From the NCBI GenBank assembly GCA_964016885.1, contig OZ024743.1:185256001-185320000 (forward strand): a stretch of 64,000 nt of DNA, read 5' to 3'. Position 1 is the first letter of the stretch; every line of letters starts with the position of its first letter. The notes under the pieces are model-generated. The model had not been told where the DNA came from, did not search any database, and was given only the letters and a program-made list of their open reading frames with translations. The position numbers and the translations under genes are program-made. Source of the DNA: Eledone cirrhosa (Eukaryota). Shown in pieces: positions 39,701 to 47,539 of this stretch.

Positions 39701-42700
39701 TCAACGAACGTGGAAGAAAGAAGTATCAATTCATTTACTATACACAATATCCTCTATGTGGTCACTAAACCTGCTAGAAACAGCAGCTAACTCTCCCCCA
39801 TATCACACCCCTACCTACTGTCTTAGATTTAGAAAATACAGACAACCATGCAGAACAACTACATCGCAGCTCTGTTCGGCTGGCATTGTCTATGCGCTTG
39901 TGCAAGTACTGTGAAACAATAAATTTCAACACTTCTTTGCACAGAGATAATCGAAACTACAATTGTCACTGCTGGCGTAGAGCTCCTGCTTCGGCAGTCC
40001 AGGTCTGCAATTCATTCACCCAGTGCCTGGCAGACAAAAAAGTGGTGCAACCTAACTTTGGTAACTTACTGACCCCGAGCAACGCCGGGCTTTAATCCTA
40101 GTATAGTATTAACGCATTAGTAAAACTCATATTTACTATATACCAAACAAAGTATCGCCACCATTTATTCCCCGATATGCCAACATATGATCTACACCAC
40201 CCATGTACCTGTTATAATCAAGATTCACAAATGGGGTGCCATTTTCATCCACATGTGGCCGTGCACAGGTAGACAGAAAATTGATCTGCCTCTATCTCTG
40301 TATGCGGTCGCTAGCAAATTTCCTTTCTACCCTTTTTTTTTAATATCCAACAGCAGTCCTTTTCTATTAGCGATCACTGCAGCACATGTATGTGTTGCTA
40401 CACTATCTAAATTCTCCGCAAGTTTGACCGAACTGAAAAACCGGTCAAAAAATAATATACGGCCTTGGAAGTGATAAATTCCAGACCACATCATACCCTA
40501 GGCCATGCTGACTTACATAATTGTCTCTTTTCTTTGCCAGTATAAAATTCAAATCCAGAGCAGTATCCAGTATTTGATTCGCAAATCTTCAAAACTTTGA
40601 AACTCCATTTTGTGGGCTTTCCTGGCATATATTGTCAAAAACGCACTCAGCCTTTATAGCCCACTATACCCTCATCGATAGATAAATATCTCCCTGGTTT
40701 GTAAACTGTTTTATATGTGTTTTGAACACAATCAATGAGGGGTCTTATTTTAAATAAGGGATTATAGTTTGGTTATCCACGTACTGCTCGTGTCTCTTAC
40801 ATGTAAATAGCGCGTTTAAAAACCGTGTCCTTGTCATACTCGAGACATATTCGTCTCCAACGGGTTCATCGCTACTCCAGTAATTTGTAATTCTGGGTAG
40901 CTTTCTAATGGCCATAATATTTATGGCAAAATAAGCTCTAATTTCATATAAGCTTGTGGGAAACCACAAACTATCCTTTTTTTCGCTTTGTTTACTTTCA
41001 GCCGTAATGATTTCAAACAAGCTCATAGGAAAAAGTAAAAGGAAATAGTCTAAAGCTTTGCTCTCCTGGGATAGACTGTGACAGTCCAGTTTCTTCACAA
41101 AAATCACTGAAAGAAACGGTTTTTAAATTTTTTAGTCCATTCAGGTGACAATTTATTTTCTCTATCGCTGTCATCGGAGCTCTCGGATTCACTGTTTTCA
41201 CTTTCGGAAAATGAAACATTGGATTCATTATCAAATACCACGTGCTTTTTTTTTTCAGTTATAGAGTTAGATTTTTCAAGGTCTTCAGTCGAAAATCCTT
41301 CGAATTCTGACTAGCTGCTTCACTGAATGAAATTGGTATCCATTTTTTGTCAGAATTACAAATTTTCAAAACACAGCAAGAACAAATTTGGAAAAAAATT
41401 CCCCAAATCCACAGAATTAAAATAACACATCGATTGTTGTCCAAAATGTAGCTCAATTGTTTACGTAGTAAAATCACGTGTTTTCACGAATGTACTAACG
41501 AGACTGGCTGATATTCTCATTTAAATATGAATGTGAGTACAGGCGGTTTTGGGCGGCTTGGTCACATGAACCAAAATTTTATTCGGGCGGTTTGGTAACG
41601 AAAGGGTTAATTACACCAGTAGACATTGAGAGAATTCATATTCTTCAGTTGAAAATATTTGCTAGATACACTGGTTAAAACATATTGACCAAGGTGAAGG
41701 ACAAGCATTTTAACTTTAAATTTTAGCATTTACATTACTCCATATTTACTATTGTATTTTCGTGATAAAAGCATCATCTTAAATAATCTTGAATCCTCTA
41801 AGATTTTGAGAACAATACCGTAACATCAGTATGAGTGGCTGGTTATAGCAGGTTTGAACAGAAAGAGATGAGAGAATTCTGGCTGGAAACAGCCGTTTTA
41901 AATGCTAAACTATACCTAACTACTGCCATGCTGCAACAGCACCCAAAATTTATTTGGTCTAATAATACCAACCCTGATGGTATACAATATTAGTAAATAA
42001 ACAACCAGCATTATTCAGACACTGTTCATGAAACCTGTATTCTCTGGGCTTACATAAAAAAAAAAGTAAACCACATGAATATTAACTGAATTTAAAGCAT
42101 TTACAAAAGAGATTGAAAAATGAGTGAAGACAGTATGCAAAAAGATGTGAATTATTAGATGAAACCATTGACTGTTCGGAATGTGGATTGCACAACTCCA
42201 ACTCGAGTCAATTAACTCCATATAGAAATATGTGTGTATAGTAAGTGTGCTTACAGCCAAACTATTTGTAACCATACAATGTGTGTAACTGAGACTATGT
42301 ATAAATAGGTGTGAATTATTTTAAAAATATTTTCTCGATTGTAACTAGAATTCTGATGTAAAAGACACCACACATCCTGCCTGCAGGAAAAGTTAAAAAC
42401 AAGACATGCAAATGTTACAATATTGTCTCAGATATTGCTATCGTTAGAATATAAATATATTTAGGCCAGTCTCAGATGGTAGTGCATGTGTTATTTCATT
42501 AATTACTTTCATGTCAGTGTATGATCATCATAGACAATAGGCCAAAATACTTTAATTACAGACATTCTGAGAGAATTTACATAAGTGGAAACACGTACAT
42601 GAACTTAATATATTCTTAGTGTGTAAATATTGTAGATGAAAGGCCATGAATACCAATTAATATAACTAACATTCCAACCATAAAAATATATTTCTACTGC

Positions 42701-45700
42701 CATGCTGCAACCAAATGTCATACATTTATATAGTTTAATCCTTTTGCAATAAACCAACCAGAAAATTCTTTGGTCTAATAATACAAACACCAAAAATGAC
42801 TAATTTATATTTAAAAGAGAGTATCAACATAACTTCATTACTAAGTCTGTAACAACAGACAGCTTCGGTAGATAAACAATTGTTAGATAGAAGCTATGTA
42901 GGGGTAAGAATGTCAGACACCCGGAGTTGCAGCCTCTGTTAACACAATTTGAAATCTTTTCTACCTTCAATTATTAAAAAAACAAGTTAAAACACATCTA
43001 TGAATGATTGAGGAAGGGGCTGGTGAAATACTAGTCATGTGTTGCGCCTCTTTAGGGTTTACAGGCTACATAGCTTATTTGTTTTAAATACCAAAACTTG
43101 CAATATGAAGAGAAAAAAAAAAAAAAAATCATCTCACACACACACACAGGCCGGTCTCAGTTGGAGGTGCATGTATGTAATGTCATTAATTACTTTCATG
43201 TCAGTGTATGATCATCACAGACAACAGGCCAAAGTATTTACTTTCATAGAATACACATTTTTAGTAAAAAAATATTTGCCATGCTAGATGGAATGACATG
43301 TTTAAACTTTCAATAGTCTATGAATATTCTAGATAAAAAGTTGCGAATACCAATATTTCAGCCATGAAAATATAATTTATTTTACCACACTGCTAACCAT
43401 TTTGGTACAAACTCGCTAGAAATTATTTCACTTTAATTAATTAAAAAACTTTCTTACTGTTTAAATCTACATGTACTTTTCATAATGATTTCTTATATAG
43501 ACACAAGGCAAAAGCCGATTAAATCGACCCCATAAGGATGAAAGGCAAAGTTAGCCACAACAAGATTTGAATTCATATCATAACAATGCTGCAAAGCATG
43601 TTGCCCGACGCCCTACTGATTTCATAATACATTGTTTCCTTGTAGTTGATAGGATGAGATTATGTCTTCTGATGAGGGTCCGATAAGACCCAAAAATCGA
43701 TTAAAAGATGTTTATCACTTTTTCAATCCTAAGAAAAATTTATATTTTCTGGCATGTTTACAAACCAGACGTACATATATTTATACATAGTCTCAGTTAC
43801 ACACATTGTACGGTTACAAATAGTTTGGCTGTAAGCACACTTACTATACACACATATTTCTATATGGAGTTAATTGACTCGAGTTGGAGTTGTGCAATCC
43901 ACATTCCGAACAGTCAATGGTTTCATCTAATTAGGTTTTATATATATTTCGTTGGGACTAAGTGATGGAATTAAGCTATGCGTTCTCACCCAACTAACGA
44001 CACGAGTTCCATCAGATAGCAATAATATGTAAAACAAGCAACTTTTATAATTTTGAACTTGAAAGAATTTAAACTCTTTATTTATAATCTTTTTCCTTAT
44101 CAGAAAAGAGACAATATATATATATGAGAATATCAGTGCAAATCGTATTACTAAATCTGCAAACACACCCCCACTAAGAAATTTGTGATATTTTTTCACA
44201 CTAAATACAAGATAAAATGCACATTACAAAATTCTTAAACACTAACATCGATAGAATATATTTAGGCCACAGTCTCAGGTCGTGGTTATGCATGTAATAT
44301 CATTAAATACTTTCAAGAACAGAACAAAAATCAGTTATGGCTTCTTACATGCCTGGAGGAAATTTAGGCTGAACTATAGTCAGCACCCAGTTTCCAGTAT
44401 AATTAGCCAAAAAGCATTTTATAAAACTAATACTTTCACAGGTACAATCCATCCATCTAAGGAGCATTATGAAATACTTTAGGGACATTTCTTTCAAACT
44501 AACTGAATTGGATGGTCGCATCGTCACAACAGCCTAAGCAAGCATTTAACTTAAACGTCATCATCACCGTTTTTCCACGCTAGCATGGGTTAGACGAGTT
44601 GTCCTGTTGTGGGCAGTGTCCGGTCGGCTGACCTTGCCTTGCTCATACAGGAACTGATTCTGGCTTGATTTCTACAGCTGGATGCCCTTCCTAACACCAA
44701 CCTCATTTACAGTGAGTGCTGGGTGCTTTTTTGCCGTGGAATGATATGGACCCCAGTCCTATCATCTCATTTCTACAGCCGAGTAAACTGGAGCAATGTG
44801 AAATAAAGTATCTTGCCCAAGGAAACAACACATCACAACCTTTCTATTACAAGCCGAATGCTCTAACCACTAAGCCATGTGCCTTCACATATATATAAAA
44901 AGTAAGGGAGGTAACTTCCTGTTATTTCCCCTCCTCTTGCAACACATTACTCTATATATACTATTGTATTTTCATGGTAAATGCTTTAACTCACATAATA
45001 TCGAATCTGAGATTTATTTTGAGAACAATAACTTCACATCAGTTTGAGCGACCAGTTACAGCCAGTTTCAACAGACAAAGGTAGAGAATTCTGGCCAGTT
45101 TGAACATTAAAAGGTTAAATTTCAACGAAAACTTATTTTAGTGACTTCACCCCGATATTTTTGTGATGAATGTTTACTAACTGCAGTAATTCATTAACAT
45201 TTCTCATCAATCGTATTTAATATTTGAGAAAGCATTCAAAAGAGCAAAATAGAATCTGGTCAGGCCATATAACCCTAGGTGGATTGTTAGTGACTGCAAA
45301 TGATCATCATAGAGAAAATAGATCAGGGCAACTTACAGACTTGTTTATTTATTTAATACAATCTTACCTCTAACTGTCCTCCAGAATATTTTGCTTGGGG
45401 CCCTGAAATGGAATGGTCCTCTTCTGGGATTCACATTACATCTTTTACGTAGGTAATCTAAATACTTCACTGAAAAAGAAAAAGTAACATGGAATGAAAT
45501 AAAACAAGCCAACGTAACAACAGAATCACGAATATGTACGCTATTTATTAATCAGATTAGGGGTGAACAACTATTATATTTCTTTTATATTAAAATCTAA
45601 TCCTTAGGGTTTAACAGGAAAAGAATCATCATCAAAACCAAACATTTAATGTTTAAGTTGTCTAAATTTAAATACTTAATCCTATAAATCTTGGTAGTTA

Positions 45701-46941
45701 TTTTTACACTAACACGCAATCAACTGTACGAAATTAATATCTATGTATCAAAAATTTAAACAATAGAATACATACTTTTATTTCTGTGGAAATGTCCAGA
45801 AATGTTTATGCCTTCGCATCGTACAATTACCATTCTTTGTCCTGAAATAACACTTGGAGTTAATTTTTTTAAACACACGAAAAGTTTAGTTCAACACAAT
45901 ACTAAAATTAAAATCTCCGAGTTATTAAAATAGGTTTTCTAACAAATTCATTCAAGTAAAATATAACGAGTTTTACAGACAAATTTAGTTTCATGAAACC
46001 TTTCAGTGTACAATCAATATTAGTTCAAGTTGAATCACTTTTCTCACAAAAAAAACAAATTTTTTTTATAAAGTGGAGCAGGCCTGTCGGTCTCGACGAT
46101 GAGCGCCCCCCCAGTTAAAGTAACGTAAGTGAGCGCTCAATACAAACATGTGTACCTTTCAGACAATTCTCAAGGATGTTCAGCGTGGCATGGCAAACAG
46201 GAATTTTGAATTACAGGTACAGTCCATCCAGTGGCTTTCAGTTTATCTCACTTAGGCTATTTATAAATTAAGCGCCCAAGATGGCAAGCAAACTTATGAT
46301 CTAATAACGTTCTTCAAATAATTCATAAATTTCCACTCACCTTGTAATAGACTTTTCGCTACGACTGCCGCCAAACGCCCCAAAAGATGCCCGCGGGCAT
46401 CGATTACGATGGCCTAAAAAAAAAAAAAAAAAAAATGAAAATCTTACACTCCATTCAGCCATTAACATTTAAACTTTTTTTTTGCTGGAGCAGACTTCCC
46501 ACGACACGAATCCATAACGAAGAAAATAACCATCAGAATCCAAAGTTGTCAGGGTCACGGCTTTCTAACTAGTTTTTATCGAATACCGGCAATTGACTAT
46601 CATCAATACTAATATAACTTCCCCACTTGCTTTCGTTGAGAAAACATTTTTACATAAACAATACTAATATAACTTCCCCACTTGCTTTCGTTGAGAAAAC
46701 ATTTTTACATAAACAATACTAATATAACTTCCCCACTTGCTTTCGTTGAGAAAACATTTTTACATAAACACTTTGTGTCTTTATGAAAACGCATGCAAAA
46801 TAAAATCTACATTTTTTGTTTTTTCTCATAAAACAAGAATTAATAATATATATATTCTTAATGAACATTCAGTTGAAGCACATGTAGCCATTCTTTAAAA
46901 TTACATTAAATTAACTATTTTTAAATAGTTACAAAAGAGAG

Positions 46942-46972
<31 letters not shown>

Positions 46973-47292
46973 GAATGTTCCAAACATATAGGAAAAGAAA
47001 ACCAATTTAATAATCTAGGAATAATGTGGAGTTTTAAAAGAAAACCGAGACATGTATTCACGTGGATTTCCGCCATCTTACAGAAACTAGTCACGTTGGT
47101 ATCAACTTCAGCAGTTTTAAATAAGATTTACTGTAAATATCAATTAAGATTTCATAATTTAGCCTTAATAAAAGTTTCATGTTGTAAATTAAAGTAATAC
47201 GCAGAAGCTTGAAGCTTAAAATTACTGTAATATACATATTCTAAATATAAATATGAAGCAGCTAAAATCCATACCTGACGTTGGAAAACCAT
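33656..47292 (-). CDS. RPL13A: 60S ribosomal protein L13a (uL13), complete spliced gene, 7 coding exons, 203 aa
   Basis: Exons 47275-47292, 46341-46413, 45776-45841, 45368-45469, 37656-37801, 33828-33950 and 33656-33739 have GT-AG boundaries and compatible phases. They join to [203 protein letters not shown]. Confidence 0.97.
33828..33950 (-). CDS. RPL13A: RPL13A exon 6
   Basis: TTTCAG|[41 protein letters not shown]|GTAAAT. Confidence 0.96.
34082..34147 (-). ncRNA. SNORD34: C/D box snoRNA, SNORD34/U34-like, copy 1
   Basis: Box C ATGATGA (34136-34142), guide TTACCTACATTG complementary to 28S CAAUGUAGGUAA, D' TTGA, box D CTGA (34086-34089); sense in RPL13A intron 5; RPL13A is the known U34 host gene. 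Confidence 0.85.
34275..34335 (-). pseudogene. Decayed SNORD34-like copy
   Basis: Keeps TACCTACATTG and aligns with copy 1, but boxes C and D are degenerate. Confidence 0.55.
35853..35917 (-). ncRNA. SNORD34: C/D box snoRNA, SNORD34-like, copy 2
   Basis: Box C 35907-35913, same guide, box D 35857-35860, external stem from flanking CAGCTG pair. Confidence 0.85.
36361..36546 (-). mobile_element. SINE family A with target-site duplication
   Basis: Flanked by ACCTCAAAATAAT direct repeats. Confidence 0.8.
36790..36854 (-). ncRNA. SNORD34: C/D box snoRNA, SNORD34-like, copy 3
   Basis: Box C 36844-36850, box D 36794-36797; appears identical to copy 2 within a ~250 bp duplicate (35741-35992 / 36681-36929). 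Confidence 0.85.
36930..37625 (+). mobile_element. Decayed RTE LINE fragment in RPL13A intron 5
   Basis: WELLYADD (TGGAACTTCTATATGCTGACGAC), RLYWYGH and family 3' tail. Confidence 0.7.
37656..37801 (-). CDS. RPL13A: RPL13A exon 5
   Basis: CTTTAG|[49 protein letters not shown]|GTAAC. Confidence 0.97.
38116..38186 (-). ncRNA. SNORD33: C/D box snoRNA, SNORD33/U33-like, copy A
   Basis: GTCT-ATGATGA (38175-38181) ... CATGCACTACCA-A-CTGA (38120-38123)-GAC with terminal stem; guide pairs with 18S UGGUGGUGCAUG; RPL13A intron 4, the same intron position recalled for vertebrate U33. Confidence 0.88.
38295..41606 (-). mobile_element. piggyBac (PGBD4-like) transposon, full-length but pseudogenised, in RPL13A intron 4
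   Basis: TTAA TSDs 38291-38294 and 41607-41610; 14-bp TIR CCCTTTCGTTACCA; motifs [46 protein letters not shown] and C-terminal Cys-rich [11 protein letters not shown]. Confidence 0.92.
39260..40101 (+). mobile_element. Non-autonomous Helitron nested in the piggyBac ORF
   Basis: A|TC ... hairpin CCCGAGCAACGCCGGG ... CTAG|T; removing it restores the frame [39 protein letters not shown]. Confidence 0.85.
42468..42536 (-). ncRNA. SNORD33: C/D box snoRNA, SNORD33-like, copy B
   Basis: Box C 42525-42531; 3' end ACATGCACTACCATCTGAG; box D 42472-42475. Confidence 0.88.
43153..43223 (-). ncRNA. SNORD33: C/D box snoRNA, SNORD33-like, copy C (variant guide)
   Basis: Box C GTGATGA 43212-43218, guide CATGCACCTCCA, box D 43157-43160. 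Confidence 0.8.
44262..44315 (-). pseudogene. Decayed/truncated SNORD33-like copy D
   Basis: Same flank and box D (AGGCC..AGTCTCAG on plus) and CATTAAATACTTTCA core, but scrambled guide and no box C. Confidence 0.55.
44555..44885 (-). mobile_element. SINE family B
   Basis: Matches 19625-20008 and 28101-28441. Confidence 0.78.
45368..45469 (-). CDS. RPL13A: RPL13A exon 4
   Basis: TTTTCAG|[33 protein letters not shown]|GTAAG. Confidence 0.97.
45548..45636 (-). ncRNA. Candidate orphan C/D snoRNA in RPL13A intron 3
   Basis: TTG-ATGATGA (45626-45632) ... CTGA (45552-45555)-TTAA, short terminal stem, box D ~80 nt upstream of the 3' splice site; no convincing rRNA guide recognised. Confidence 0.4.
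45776..45841 (-). CDS. RPL13A: RPL13A exon 3
   Basis: TTTCAG|[22 protein letters not shown]|GTATGT. Confidence 0.96.
46341..46413 (-). CDS. RPL13A: RPL13A exon 2
   Basis: poly-T TAG acceptor; [24 protein letters not shown](G); GTGAG donor. Confidence 0.96.
46604..46770. repeat. Perfect 55-bp x3 minisatellite in RPL13A intron 1
   Basis: CAATACTAATATAACTTCCCCACTTGCTTTCGTTGAGAAAACATTTTTACATAAA starting at 46604, 46659 and 46714. Confidence 0.95.
47275..47292 (-). CDS. RPL13A: RPL13A coding exon 1 (MVFQRQ)
   Basis: CTCTCTTTCTCTGCCATC-ATG GTT TTC CAA CGT CAG|GTATGG; phase 0 fits exon 2. Confidence 0.88.
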
Positions 47293-47539
47293 GATGGCAG
47301 AGAAAGAGAGATATGGGGTTCACAGATTAATACGTCACGGCCGACGGAAGTAGATGTCGCCATCCACTTCCGACGAAATAGGAAGTGAAAGTCAGGATAA
47401 TTTTGCAAGGGAGATAATTGTGTTTATTAATAATAGTGGTAAATATCGCCATATTGTTTGCGGATACTGGTCAGGTACATATGTCGCATATTAAAATAAA
47501 GTAGGAAATCTCTATTTTATATCGATATTTGTTACCAAA
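47293..47539. promoter_or_regulatory. Bidirectional promoter RPL13A/SF3A1 with 5'TOP/TCT start
   Basis: Pyrimidine tract CTCTCTTTCTCT on minus (~47299-47310); CRE-like TACGTCA 47331; ETS motifs CGGAAGT 47345, ACTTCCG 47366, AGGAAGTG 47380; YY1-like CGCCAT 47358; further YY1-type motifs at 47071 (CGCCATCTT) and 46277 (CAAGATGGC). Confidence 0.75.

Larger units (their letters stand above)
42154..43931. repeat. 154-bp inverted repeat pair (42154-42307 / 43778-43931)
   Basis: Reverse-complement identity with one mismatch seen. Confidence 0.93.

Noticed and set aside
46140-46240. GCCATGCCACG-CTGA on minus in intron 2, resembling a U32 guide plus box D
   Set aside because: No box C, the guide lacks a base needed for 18S pairing, and the region resembles the SINE-like sequence at ~30290-30420
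46530-46606. TTGATGA...CTGA pair in RPL13A intron 1
   Set aside because: Non-canonical box C, weak terminal stem, no recognisable guide
46604-46770. Repeat array as CRISPR
   Set aside because: Head-to-tail units without spacers, eukaryotic context, no cas genes
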